A DNA stretch of 64,000 nt from Nymphaea colorata (GCF_008831285.2 NC_045138.2:5208001-5272000); one strand, 5' to 3'. Positions 42,163 to 56,620 are shown, numbered from the stretch's first letter. Notes: generated from the letters alone by a model not told the origin. Translations and numbers: made by a program.

Positions 42163-42723
42163 ATGGCTGCTCATCTTGCCTCCCTTTCCACTCTTTTTGT
42201 TACTTCCCCCAAGCTTGCTTCTAATAGCAAGGCTGGGTTCAAGCCATGGAGCACCACCCTGGTGAGATGTGAGCCAAGGGCTGAGGGCTGCGGTAGGTCT
42301 GCTGCTCAAAGGAGGCCTTCCAGATACCAGCCAAGTACATGGAACTATGACTTCATCCAGTCCATTACCAGCGCAACATCAGTAATTTTCCATACCTCTG
42401 ATCTGACTATTATTTTGTTTATTTGGGTGTGATGATGTGATCATAATTGAAAGACATGAAAATCAAAGCAGATCGAAACACAAAGGACCAGAGTCGAAGA
42501 ATTGAGAAGAGAAGTCCGACAACTTATAACATCTACAACTGAGCAAGTGGCTCAGTTGGAGCTCATCATTCACTTGAACGTTTAGGTGTAGCGTATCACT
42601 TTGAGAGTGAGATCAGGCGATCGCTAGATGCCATATCCACGAGCACTAGAGGATTTGAGGACCTCTACTCCTCTTCACTTCGGTTCAGAATTCTGAGGCA
42701 ACATGGCTATAATGTTTCTGCAG
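42163..42723 (+). CDS. Terpene-synthase-like gene, copy 1, partial (exon 1 42163-42381, exon 2 42472-42723), cut by the assembly gap
   Basis: Essentially identical to 56688-57249 except for a 1-bp deletion at ~42568 near the contig end. Confidence 0.75.
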
Positions 42724-42770
42724 GTATACATATATATATACACATGTGTTAATTCCAAAAATTGACTCAA

Positions 42771-42870
42771 NNNNNNNNNNNNNNNNNNNNNNNNNNNNNN
42801 NNNNNNNNNNNNNNNNNNNNNNNNNNNNNNNNNNNNNNNNNNNNNNNNNNNNNNNNNNNNNNNNNNNNNN
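42771..42870. other. Assembly gap (100 N)
   Basis: Run of exactly 100 N, a typical placeholder for a gap of unknown size. Confidence 1.
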
Positions 42871-45045
42871 GGAATCAAATCAATCAAGCTGGTCAATTCA
42901 GTAAAATTGGCTATTTTACAATTCAATTGATTCAAACTGTGAATCGGCAAAGGTCTATATAAAATTTACCTATTTTAAACGATAATACCAAAAACATATA
43001 TGTACAATTAAATAGGTAGTGTGGTTGTTAACCTCCTGTTCTGCCAAAATTTGGCTTAACAGTGATTCGGGTAGGATAGGTAACTTCAGTTTGATTCCAA
43101 TAATTTTGCTTTAAAGGCATTGATCCAAAGATATACATGAAAAAAGTTATGAACTTTCCAATAGAATCCTGCTAGGGAGGAGGCCTGAAGTGTACAAGAA
43201 GAAATAGCAACAAAAACTTACACACACTTTAGACGGTGTTTGATAATATGACACATTGTGTTCTTTGGAACCCAAACTTTCCTGTTCGAATGAGATGTCA
43301 AAAACAGAAGAGAGTTCTTAAAAGAAAACTCCAAAAGAAAGAAGAATTCAACAATTCTGATTCATAATTGAATTCGGATTTGGTACAGTTTTGTAACTGG
43401 GTCCGATGGATACCAGATTCCAATGGATCTGAAACCCAGCGACATGCAAAAACAACGTTGGCAGATATGGTCTGTCTCCATAGCAGAATGAATGAGCTGT
43501 CTTACGGCATGATGGTGAGGGTCTCTAGAGAAGGTAGACATGCATACAAGGATTTCTTGCTGGTTTCACACAAATTTAAGTTTTAATAATTTGACGTGGA
43601 ACAACTGATACGAGCAAAGAGGCCACTGACTGAACAAAACTAGCTAAAAGAAGCAAGAAATACTTGGGTAGAATATTTGCCTCAAGTGCAATTGTCCTCG
43701 ACTACTGGGCAGATTGGAGCTCTTCTTACAAGACCACCACAACTACTTTTCTTCCTTGATGTCGGACTATTTGTCTGCACATAGCATCTCCCTCCCCTGT
43801 CTCTCTTCATTAACACAAATAAACAATGCCACAAGTTGAAGAGAAGATGTGGGTGTGTTTTTTATCATTCTAAAAGCAATTCCATTCTCTCCTCTACTTT
43901 GCGTGAGTGTATGGCCAGCAGACAAAAGGTACTCCGTTGCAACAAATTCAAACCAAATTTACAGTATTATCATATTGGGTTTATTAGAAGTTCACATACT
44001 TAGATTCAAAATTAAGATTTGAATGCTAATGAAAGACAAGTTTATGTGAATGCAATTTTAAATTTACAGTCTGATCTAATCGATATCAGCTTTTACATTA
44101 ACATGATCGAAGTCGGAATCCAACCTTTAATTATACAATGAAATCCAGACCATATTTTCATATGTGAAAGCAGAAATTTTTTTTGTAGCAAGGGCCAAAT
44201 ATAGTTTCAAAATTTAAGAGGGGCTGAAATAAAAAAAACTTCAAATTATATATATGTAATATATATATATAATATATATATATCAAATCTGTCTAGTGAC
44301 ATTTTTAAAATCCAAATACATCCAATTTCTTAATCAGACATCAATTTTTTTTTCTTTTTTGTTTCCTTGTCTAATGCAGTCGGATATTGGATCCATCGAC
44401 AACCTTAGCTCTACCCTTAAATAGAGATTATTCATCCTCAAAAAAGAAATACCCTCTTTATTCTTGAGAATTCGTCGTCCTTAAAGAATAGGGTGCTTTG
44501 AGCTAATGAGAAAAAATAAAGATACGTTGCTTGTGCCAGTAGTACAGTATAGCCAGGGGAAAAAATTTTACATCCCTTCTGCTCTGAATTAAAATGATAA
44601 CCACTTGTAGCTTTTAAATGCGGTCACCTTAAATACGTTTGGCCTTTCTATAATTAATATCAATGTGTACAAGTACTTTTATAAACAAACACTTCTTGGC
44701 CTTTTTTCCTTTTCTTTTTACCCCAATTTTAAATTTGTTCATGAGGACATACATTTCCTTTTTCTTATACAAAGAATTTCAGCAACTCACAAGAATACAT
44801 TGGAAACTTTTCGAACACAAACTCATTTGGACAAGGACATGTTGAAAAATATTATATATAACAAAACTATTTTCTCTTTCTTAATAAATTAAACAAAGTT
44901 AGGATGATTTAAGTCAACTGCAAGTGTTTATGTGTTTTTTTAATAAAATGTTGTTGATCATGTTAATTAATGTGTAAACACTGAAGGCTTCAGCCTATGA
45001 AACAGAAAAGGTTCCATAACATGATATAACAGCACCTCAACCACT

Positions 45046-48000
45046 TTAGCCTAGGATGGATAACCTTTCCCCAAGATGGTCTCTGAGTTCGTGCGGCAGA
45101 TGGAGTGCTGGACAAAAGTAAATTACCAACTTTTCAAGCTTCAAGAGGCAGGCAATCTGTTCGTTTGCATCCATGGGACATGTTGTTGCTACTGCATCAT
45201 TTTCATTTTGGTGGGTAGTAATGTCCTCCAGAGACTTCAGCTTGGGGAAGTATTGAAGCTCTAGGTATCTCAGTTTTGGGAGGCATTGCCAGTGGCCTCC
45301 CAAGCTGATGTCCTCATAGAAATAGTTTAGGTACAATGTTTCCAGTTGGGAGAGACCCCACACCCACTGAGGCACCCTTTCCAATTAGACCTCATCAACA
45401 TTCGTGTCGCTCAAAGACAGAGACTTGAAGGAGGGTAGAAATGTTGATTCCTACGATGGCAATGGCAATGGCAGTAGTACTGCTGAGTCTGGTTCCAACC
45501 TTAACTCAATGAGGTTAGGCAGTTGCTCAAGGAATTTCCATCCCAATCTTGCACTTAGGCAACAACACACTGACAGACTTTGGAGCTGAGTCACTTGACC
45601 GTCATCCCCCACCAGCTCCAATAGAGTATCAAGCAAGGCTTCTGTCTGCATCTTTGGACATCCATAAAATTCGCCTCCCTTAACCTTGGCATAGAAGTCA
45701 ATGTTGTTTCCCCTATTCCGTCTGCTGGCCTCCCTTCCCAGTTGAGCAATCCTTCCACCATCAACTCCTCAAGTAAAGGAACGTTAACAAGAGCCTTCAA
45801 GCCATTAGGTCCGTACACCTTCAATGACTTGAGAGCAGGCATGTGATGAGGTATTTGCTCTAGGCTGCAGCATTCCTCCACCTTCAATGACTCCAAGGCA
45901 GGCATGCTAGCTATTTCACATACTGCTGGGCAATTGATGACATTTAGTACTTTCAACAAGGTAATGCTTATTAGTTTTCCTCATAAATGGCATCTTTCTG
46001 GCTTTAGTGAATGTAGCTTGGTATACTCAGCATTCAAATGCCAAGCTGGCATCTTTCCTTTATAATCACCTATCTCCCAGCACTCCAGCGCAAGTGGAGA
46101 TTCCAAGGCCTCCAGCGCACCACTCCATTCAGAAGCACCACACTGTTCGTCATTACTCTCTTCAGAAGTACCACTCTGTTCAGAAACACCTCCAGTAATT
46201 CGAAAGTAGAATTCCAAACTAATTATGCCATGCTTCTCCTTAAGCAATTGCACATTTCTTGCAAAATCAATTGCCTTTCTTGTCACCCCTAACCCTTGTG
46301 TCCCCTTTGTCATCCGTAAATTGGTAAACTTCCCCAGGCCTTCTGCTATAAATTTTAATTCCCACGTCCATTTCATCCCAAGATACCTCAAGTTGCAGAG
46401 TTTGTCCATTTCCTTGGGCAACTCTTCAATTTTACTATAATTTGAATCCAATGTTTGCAAGATACAGAGTCTGCAGATTGAACTGGGCAACCGTCCCACT
46501 TTAGAATTGCTTAGATTGAGATATTTTACAAGTGAAAGGTATTCAATGGACTTTGGCAGCTCATCCATTTCGCACCCCTCAATGACAACACTCTCAACCA
46601 CTTGAAATTGGTCAAGTGTTCAATATAAACCTGCAAGTAAGAATTGGAATCAGCCAACAATGTGCACACCTTATTTGCTGTTTCCAATTATGCTTGTGTG
46701 CCTCTGCATTGTGTACACCAAGTAATGACAGATGGCGGGTGTGCTTAGTAGTAGAGGCATGGCCATATTCCCTTCCACCTATATATAAGGCAAGGTCATG
46801 CAAAATGTGATGCAATTGGATGCTCTTCAAATCAATTTCTTCACTCAAACACCACCTTATCAAATCTTCAATGTATTGGTTTGCTGTTGCTTCAACATCT
46901 AGGCCTTCCTCAATCAATCCCTACTCATTTTCTTGGTGTGCATCATGGACCCACCATCTTAATCACAAGTGGCAACCCACCACACTTCTTTACTAATCCC
47001 TCTCCAACAAATTTGATCTTATGCATCACCAAATCTTCTTCTGTTTAGCCTTCTCTGAGAACCTCCTTCAGAAACAAGTCCCAACTTTGGTGGAAAATAA
47101 ATTCTTGTAATTCATGCATATAAAAAGCACCCATCCCCTCCGACACATATTTCTTTCTACTGGTAATCAAAATTTTCCTCCCATTGCACCCACCATCAAT
47201 GTACCCCCTATCTTTTCCTTGCACCATTTTACTTCCCATACATCATGTAGGACCAACAAAATTTTTTCCTTTCAGAGCTCGTTCTGTAATTGTGTGCATA
47301 AGTCAGTCAAGGAACAATCAGTGTTTTCTCCAGAACTCTTGCACACATCCCTTTGTATCAGCCACACCAAATCCTTATGGTTTGAACTTTCCAAAACACA
47401 AACCCACCACCTGCGTTCCCGAACTGTTGTTCAACTTCATTAATACCATGTTAGCAAGAGTCGTTTAACTGATCCCTCCCTTTCCAACAATGGAGATAAT
47501 AGAAGCACCACCCTTCTCAGTCTTACTACAAAAGTCATTCGATGAGAGCATTTCTACTAACACCTTTTTATCATTTTCCCTGCCTATGGGCAGTTGTACA
47601 CCTACGTGATGGGTTACCTCTTTGGGGTTGTCATGTTTACCATGAACAGGGTCCTTACCACCCCCTTGTGGTGTTGTTTTGAAACTATCCACCATGTCCC
47701 AATCTTTCTTTATTTTATCAAGCATTTCATTGATTTTCTTCATTTTGTTAACAAGTTGGTAACAAAAAGAAACATCTTCATAATAGGAAGAGGGCGCAGT
47801 GGTCAAAGCCCACTTCCGTAGCTGATCCCTCTTGCTGGCCTCAATTTTGCTTTGATATCCTTTGATGATGTCCTCGGCATCATAAAGAACATCCTTGTGC
47901 TCAAACTCTAGTTCTCTGTCGCAATCCTTGCTGAAAAAAGACTTGATCAGCATCTTTGATGGCCTTTAGGAAGATTTTCAGGATCCTTTGGAGCTTCTTC

Positions 48001-48101
48001 AGATCGTCTTTGGCATTCAATAAGTAGTCTTTCATCTCTTTCAACAAATTGGTTGCAGTAGAAATGGCTATTTGCACAGGAGCGTCTATTAATGCCCCCA
48101 T
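45046..48101 (-). pseudogene. CC-NB-ARC-LRR (NLR) pseudogene, copy D
   Basis: Paralog or allele of copy C with the same RNBS-D deletion and LRR TAA. It has an extra frameshift in the P-loop (GKGGIS*). Confidence 0.9.
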
Positions 48102-51100
48102 CTCCTGCAACCCCACTCCCAGTTTCTCGGTAGATTGAAGGGCAGAGGAAGAGAAGTAATTGTAAGAAGGCTGCGAACAAAATAGGCAAAAAACTGCACA
48201 TAAAGACCAGGCTGCCGAAAATTTTTCGTTGACTTATAGATTTCCACCTCCCAATGGTCTTCTCCTCAAAAAATTCAAATTGAGCAGGTAGGTCCGTTTG
48301 ATCACCACCACCACCACATTATCCTCTTGCAAGTGGTAGAGCGCTGAAGTAATCAAGTTACGGAAGAAATTCCGTCCTCAATTAGGTCAGCTGTTACTCA
48401 TTGGCTTCAGTCCTTTCACCCTGTTTTGTCAATTCCTTACACTGTGTTCTTCTTCTCTTCCAGAATAGCTACATTCATATTGCTGCTTCTTTTCTCTCTC
48501 CATTTCATTATATTTTCTTCATTCACATTAACTTTAATTCCCATCAATCATGGTGTGATCTGTTATAATACGAGAAAACATGAGAAAAATACTCATCGGC
48601 ACATTTTTTATAGGTTGTGTTAAAGAAGAAATTCAATTTCTTAATTTACTTGCTCCTAAATAATTCTGGTAGAAAATCCCCAAAGCCAAGCCTTCTACAT
48701 CCCCTAGAGTTCCCCCTTTCGGACTTGTCAGATTTCTTGTTAATCTTTTATTTCATTGATTTTATTATGTAAAAATAATTTACATATATGATCTGCAATC
48801 CAAATTTATTTAGCATAAAGTTCATATTGGACTCAGTTGCAAAAATACATATTGAGTCCAACAGCCATATCTTGACCTTTATCATAATGTTAAGATTCAC
48901 ATAAAGTAATATGAGAGAGAGAGAGAGAATGAGAACAGAAGATGATGGTTGAACCAAGTGGACAATTATATACATCTAAACGCAATGTTCAAAACTATTT
49001 TTTTATATAACAATCTAACCTTTTAGGTATTATCTTAAGAGTATTTTAGTTGTTAATAGTTGAGATTGTAAGTCTGAAGCCTTTGTACCCCATCCCTATT
49101 GTCATTAACAAACACACACACACACATTACCACTTGGCTAAGGGATAATGCCAAACCTCTTAAATTTATATTAAAAGATATTTTAACTACCCGGGCTTGG
49201 ACCCGGCCCACTATTAACAGGTCAAGCCGCACCCGGTACCGGGCGATGATAAGAATGCATGAGGCCTGGCCCATTTTTGCAGCCTCCGTGGCATCGCTTC
49301 TGCCAGACTGCCACTTCCTCCTTCTTCTTTCCTCCACCACTTCACGCTCCGATTGGACAGGCCAAACCCAACATGCTCTTCAACCACCATCCCACCTTCC
49401 CCATCTTACGAATGTCACCTGATTCAGCCCAATGGGGAACAGTCATTCACATCAGATTCATTCCAATGTAGAACAACCATCCACAAAGAGAGAGAGAGGG
49501 AGAGAGAGAGAGACAGGGTAGACTCGTGATAATGGAATCGATGAGTCCTCAAGCTGAGCAGTAGTTGGGTGGCGTCAAATGGTTTGGTTTTAAAACAAGA
49601 GGCAACAAATTGGCGATGGCATGGAAGGCACGGCCGCGCAAGCTAGGAGGTGCGATGATGGTGATGCAGCCTGGTGAGATGCCGTCGGTGAAGGAAGAAA
49701 ACGAATACTAAATCGAACTTTCAATTTTTGAAAGTTTGAAACCTTTACAAAGTAAACAGACTTCAAAATGTATTTTAAAATTAAAAATAAAAAAAATTGT
49801 TGGGCTTACCAGGCCAGCGACGAGCTGCATGTAATGTCCGATACCTGGCCCAAAAGTTACCGTGCCGGGTCTGATCATACAGGCCCATGCATATGCTCGA
49901 CTCCGTCAAGGTTGGCAATGACTCCTCCTCCTCCTCCCCCCAACCCAACTTTCTATTTTTGTTCCTTTTTTCCTTTTTTTTTTAGGTAGGGGAGGTGATT
50001 GCCCAATGCACTGGATGTGTCAGAAGCTGGAGAATTTTAGTTTTGTTTCTTTACCATTGCCAAGTGCAGCCACTTCAGTTTTGATCTTTTGCATTCATTT
50101 TTTCATTATGAAATGTCAAAGGTGGTTGTTGGATGATTCAGTTATTTGGACATTGAATATTTGTTGTAGTAAGAATTCTCTAGAAGCAACTTCATGTATG
50201 TATTCACATCTATTTTGAAGTAATGAATTTGAATGCACATTCATTACTCTGAAAAAGTTAGTTGATATGAAAAAAAGAAAAAAGCAGCACTTTAATTAAA
50301 AAAACTGAATGGGATTTATACTTAGGAAATGACTTTTGATTGGATTCGAATACGGGTTCAGTTTTAACTAAATATCCCATCATATTCTGATTCAGGTTTC
50401 CTTTCTAATTCAATTTCAAATGAATTATCATACACCCAATTTGTACGTTTTGAATATCTGTACATTCTTAACATATCATAATGTGGTTTTGCTTCTTGTA
50501 GTTAAAAGTTGGATTCAGGTGTGGATGTAAATCTAAAATCAAATTTGAATTGTGAATTTAAATCAAATTTGAATGTGGATACGGCATGGATTTTTCTTCC
50601 TTAGTATTGAAATCCAAATTCAAATTCGAATTATGAATATCTGATAAATTTGATATGGTAACATGAGATTTTGTTTGAATAAAATCCTTTAACATTCACG
50701 TGTTACTGCAATTTATTTTATTTCTTTTTCTCATTAACAAATTGTTTAGAGTCTTGGTACTGAACCACATCAAGAAAGCTCCCTCAAAAATCCTATTGAA
50801 GCTATCACATAGCTTTGTCGTTCATCAAAAATCCATAAACCTTAATTTTATTGTAGTGTGGCCAACACAAGCTTACATGCTCATTCATTATCAAGTGAGG
50901 AAGTCAAATTCAAGATCGGTACCTTTTATCTAGTCAGGTCCAAGATTAATACATACCTTGCTATTAGTTTTAGACCACTACTTTAGCCACCTTTGAATCC
51001 TTCTTCTCTTTATAAAGCATTTATTTGTCATTATATTAGCAATCCCAAAATACTGATTTTCCTTCAGAAATGCTCCTTCGACGGGATTTGAGTACAAGAG

Positions 51101-54100
51101 GATCAGGGGAGGAGCTTCCTTCATCTACTTCTTCTAGAGTAGACGATTCTTCCTCATTATCTAGGCTTCATCTTATACCTAATGATGGGAGGGGCGTCTT
51201 CTCATAATTGCCAAGATTAGATAGGATGTCTTCTTTACTATTTACACATGCAAACAAAGATTTTTTGATAGTTTCAAAAGCATTTCAAACTTTTGAAATT
51301 AAAGGCATTGGAGACTTTGCTTAGACTCTTTCTTTATGAGCTTAAGTTATTCTCTGACCTACAACAAATGTAATGATGTTGTTATAATATTTAAATCATT
51401 TTCCAAACTCGTTAATCCTAGTTTCCATCCAGGAAAGAGAATTTAAAAACGCAAAATCTCTCTTTTAATCTCTCTCCAATTTTTCTTTCTCTCTCTCTCT
51501 CTGATTTCTCTCTTTTTTTAGATCTATCTCTCTAAAATTTCTCTTTTTTCTCTCTCTCGCTCTCTCTTCAGTTCTCTCTCTCCCTTTTTTAAAATCTCTT
51601 TCTTTCTCTCTATTTATTTTACCTCTCTTTTAATCTCTCTTTTTTCTTTTTCTTTTTTTAATATTTATATCTTGGATTTCTCTATTTCTCTCTCCTATTT
51701 TTCTCTCTCTCTCTATGATTTCTCTCTCTTTTTAGATCTCTCTCTCTAAAATTTCTCTTTTTTCTCTGTCTTCAATTCTCTCTCTCCCTTTTTAAAAATC
51801 TTTCTGTCTCTCTCTCTTTCTTTTACCTCTCTTTTAATCTCTCTTTTTTCTTTTTAAACCCCCCCCCTCTTTTTCCCTCTCTCCACCCCCTTTAAACAAA
51901 TAATGGGTAGGACAATGGTTGCGTTAGGCAGCGTGTTGCAGCCATGTCTTCAGTTTGATTCTTGGAGGGTGTTATCCTAATGGTATTGAAAAACAATGTT
52001 GATTTTAAGATTAGGGTTGCCATTATGAGGTCAACTGGACTGGTTCTTGTCTCCTCCCCCACCCACCTTTACTCCCCTCCTTTTAGACTTCTCTCCATTT
52101 TACTCTCTCTTCTAATTTCTCTCTCTTTCTATTTGTATATTAAACAAAAAAAGCTCCCATTTTGCATGCCCCAAAATCATTCGACTTCACCAAGGCCAAT
52201 ACCCATGATCCTTATCATTCGGACTACACTTGGATGGCATAAAACTCATTTTTGAAAACCTTTTTTTTTAATACGCATGTTGTGGTATGAATGACTTATC
52301 TAATTTTCTTTCAAGCATAGAGAATTCTTTCTCTTTTCATTTCTTTCATATTCACCATGCATCCATAACATTCATGGATACCCACAACCACTGCTTTAGG
52401 AAACCTAAGCAAAACATGATCGAGCCTTAATAATACGGTAATAGAGTTAATAGCGGTGTTTGATTAACAGTAAGAAGGTGAAAATTTGGTATGAGTATCG
52501 GGGATAGGGGATTCCAGAACAACTACTCAAGCAAGATGATCTTATGAAATTACACAGTCACATGAAAGCTACAGTGGAGGCAGTTCTTACCCACAAGCAA
52601 GAATTTCCTGCTAGAGATATATTTTCTATGTCAGTCTAGTTTCTTATTAGCTCTTCTTCTCCTATTGATTGTGATGACGTTCTGACATGAGGTACTCATA
52701 ATTTCATTAACTTGAGATGAAATGGATATGAAAAAAAAACAGTAGACCATGAGATCCAGGGGTGAAGCCAGCAATTTTTTGTAGGATGGGCTGAACAGTA
52801 TTTGCAAAAACTATACAAGGGCTAAACAATATTTTTCAAAAATTTTACATAGGCCAATTTAAAAATTTATTAAAATGTAGGTATCAATTTTTTTTTCCCC
52901 AAAACATGAAGGGGAGGGGCCATGGCTCCTGCCAGTTCCCCCTCCTTCTGCCCCAGCCTACATCCTTACAATAAGATTATTTGGTAAATGATACTTACTA
53001 TCATGAGTGTCGCTGGTACATTGATGTATCAGCAGGATTGGCTTCCTAGTAATGCGCCATACTTGTGTTCATACATCCAGAATTTGGAATTTAAGACGAT
53101 GGCGCAAATATTCACTAATCTTGATTAAATTGTGATGAACAGTCAATAATTTATAGAAAAAAGCTTAGTTAAAAAAACTCTCGGCTGTCTTGTTATCAAT
53201 CACTAATTTTTACACGGGCTTTGCTCACCTATTTGTAAAATTGAAAAGAAAGAAGTGGATCAATGGCAAAAACATTAAAAAATTTTAACTGTACAAATTT
53301 AAATAGATTTAATTTTAGGCCATTGACATTTCCACGATTGCCAAATCCCAACCATGAAAATGCAATCTACATTATTAAATTTTTCAAACCAACAAAGCTG
53401 CTTATCATGCATATCAAACTTTAGTTTTCTTTTGATTTGGAAACATGGTTTCTACCAAGATAATATTTTCCACAAATCACTTTCTTTTTCATTCATAATA
53501 ATATGGGGAAAATGGAAAAGTGAGTTGTGAACAAGGTTGGCATCGAGAAAAAAGAAAGAAGTGAGAGAAATGTTTGAAAATGGAAATAAATCGGCTTGTT
53601 GTTCACTCTACGATAATGGAAAGAGAAGGAAAATGAAGGTAGTGCGCTACAGGCATGGTCTATGATTGGTGTTAAATAAATCCGGAAAAATTCCCAATCC
53701 ACAAACTTCTACATCACCTACACTTCCTCTTTCTCACATTTGTCGGATTTCTCATTGTATTATGTAAAAGTTTGGATGCATGATTTTTCTTTTCCAAATC
53801 CAAAATTTTATTTATCCCATCCAAGTTTCATGATCTGACCATTGACTAGAAGTACAACTTGTTCGTGCCGCGAGGGAATGCCATCGACCTTGCCAAACGT
53901 AAGGCTGAACATCCCTGTTATGAAGAGACAAAGCTGATGATGTCCAGGACTGATATTAATCCAGTTGAGCTGTTTTATTTCAACAAACTCTGTTTGACAG
54001 AACCAAGAGCTCAGAATGGAATGTGAAAGGTCTCTCTAACCATAGCAACAGGGCATGATCAAGTGGCACTAGCCACGCAAAGTTGGCTCAGACCAATTAC

Positions 54101-55007
54101 GTACTCATGGTTAGGTTTTGTTATTAGTCTTTTGACCTATTTCATTTCAAGTGGGCTTTTTTTTTTATTTCATTTCGTAGAAGTTAGAGCAAAAGAAGAG
54201 AGAAAAGCTTCACTTTGGATGCTTTCTTGATAAGTGTGTAAAATTTCTGATTTTGACTCCCTAAAGTCTATCGATAGTGGCCCCTCTTTTTTTTTTTCAA
54301 GACAGTCATTCTTTTTTTTTAAGAAATTATTTGTTTTAAAATTTTAATGGTGTCTCAGCATTAATCAGTTTTCTTGCTTTAAAACATTAAAAAAATCAAA
54401 TACCAATAATTTAACAAATATGACATAGTGTTATAAGCGAAATTATCGCTATGGTGAGAATATAATATACATGATGGGTATTATTGAATGTCTCAGAATG
54501 AGAACGTAAGTCAAACTGTTGAGAGATCAGTGAGTCCTTATGGTCTCTTATTTGTCTAATATGTGGCTTATAGCTAGAGTATTTCTAATTTTTCAACAAA
54601 ACCAGATTAGCTAAATTTAAATTTGATTCCACCAGTAAAAAAGACAAAGTGACGAGAACATCACTTTCTTTATGAAAAAAGAAGAAGAAGAAAAATTTAG
54701 CATATTTTTATAATTAAAATTTATTAAAAAATTGCCTCCACCATTTTCTAGGTTGGGCACATCTGATTATGGACCTGATTTTGAACTGTAGCTAGTAAAA
54801 AAGCATTGTGCCATTACTAATCAAATTTGTGTTCCTTTATGTTTTATGCCATATTCAGGCCCGAGTCCACTTAGTGTTACGGAGATGCAACCCAATATAT
54901 TTGGGATCATATGCTTCTTCGATCCAAATTCAGTTTTGAAAAGTAGAGCCCACATCTGAATCCCAAGTCCTCCCTAAATCCAAACCACTGGCACCCATAG
55001 TTGCGCA

Positions 55008-55379
55008 TAGGGATGCCTATATATCAGCTTTGGATAGAAAATCTAATCGATCTGTTTCGAAGAAATTGGATATGAAAAAGAAAAAAATATCCTATTAAAA
55101 AGGAGGATTGAATTCAGCTTTAATAATTGGCTTCCAATCAGATTTTCGGATATACATGAACATCCGGTTGGATTTGCATATGGATTTGAATCAGATTTGT
55201 TATTATGCAAATATCCTATTCAGTTCAAAATGGGTCAATTTCAGTTCAAAATTCGTATTCAGATATGAATATGAAAATTATATTCAAATCAAATAGAATT
55301 TCTGAAATAGGATTCTAGATTTGGATTTAGATATTGCTAAAGGTAAATCCAGTTTGACTATGATCCATTGACATCCCTA
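55008..55379. mobile_element. hAT-like MITE, TAGGGATG family, upstream of TPS copy 2
   Basis: Duplicate of 40488-40857. Confidence 0.7.
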
Positions 55380-55774
55380 ATTGTGGTTGAAGGGGTGGGT
55401 AGCTTTGTCCTTCCTTCCTTTCTTTCTCCTTTGGCATATGACCAGTAGTGAGGTTAGTGGTTTCTTTTTGTGAAAGAGGCCTTAAAGATAGTTGGGTCTG
55501 CCACATGTTTTCATCATTTTTTTCTTTTTCCTCTTCTCCCTTACATGCTTTGTTCAGAACATTGGCAGAAACACATGGTGGCTGGTGTGGGCCAGCTGCG
55601 ACACCAACCCATTAAAATTTTCATTGAAGCAATGAATACATTCCACATTTATACAAAGAATTATAACTTACACAAACACCATCTTTTAGTGCATTTTATT
55701 TTTGCTCAAAGAAAGTGTGTCAAACGACTATAGCTTATGTAAGCAACATAATGTAAGATGTCACTCGTCATTCA

Positions 55775-56620
55775 AATTCTCTAACCATTATTGACACGCA
55801 ATGTGCACTCGATTACGGCTCTCTATAAGGTAGCAAACCATGTTCATAATAATGTTGAAAGGACATGTTGCACCACTTAAAGGTGAAGGGGTGCAAATAC
55901 TCAAAAACGTGTAAAAAATAAACATGGTCTTTCATAAAAATGGTTTTTAGTGGTGAGCATTAACAAATAAGTGTCGGATATAATGCCCGTCAAAAACGTG
56001 AAGAAAGAATGCATTCTATCTATACACAAATAAAATAAAAGTACCAAATAACTATGGCTTAGGCAAGTGTCATAGTTTAATGCATTCCATTTATATAGAA
56101 AGAAAAAAGTATCAAACATTTATAGCTTACGCAAATAGCATATTTTTAAGAGATTGAAACTTATTAAAATTCTTTAACCATTATAGACACGCAATATACA
56201 CTTGGATGCAGCTCTTTATAAGCTAGCAAACCATGTTCATAATATTGTTGAAACGGCAAGTAGCACCACTTAAAGGTGAAGGCGTGCAATTACTCAAATA
56301 CTTGTAAAAAATAAACATGGTCTTTCATAAAAATGGTTTTTAGTGGTGAGCATTAACAAATAAGTGTCGGATTATAATGCATATCAAAAACTTGAAGAAA
56401 GAATGCATTCTATCTATAAAATAAAAGTGCCAAATAATTATGGCTTGGCCAAGTGTCATAGTTTAATGCTTTCTATTTATATACAAAGAAAAAAGCATTA
56501 AACATTTATAGGTTATGCAAACACCATATTTTAATAGATTGAACCTAATTAAAATTCTCAAACCATTATAGACACGCAATCCACACTCGGATGCAGCTCT
56601 ATATAAATTAGCAAACCAAT
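55775..56620 (+). promoter_or_regulatory. TPS proximal promoter built from ~390-bp tandem units; TATA box TATATAAA at 56600-56607
   Basis: Units start at 55783, 56176 and 56561. The last unit carries a canonical TATA 88 bp upstream of the ATG. Confidence 0.65.

Larger units (their letters stand above)
28245..42770 (+). repeat. ~14.5-kb segmental duplication, copy 1
   Basis: Colinear with 42871-57298 from GGAATCAAATCAATCAAGCTGG to ...GACTCAA. Paired ORFs occur throughout the track. Confidence 0.95.

Noticed and set aside
42560..42575. Frameshift suggesting TPS copy 1 is a pseudogene
   Set aside because: It is a single-base deletion ~200 bp from a contig end in otherwise identical sequence, so a consensus error is at least as likely.
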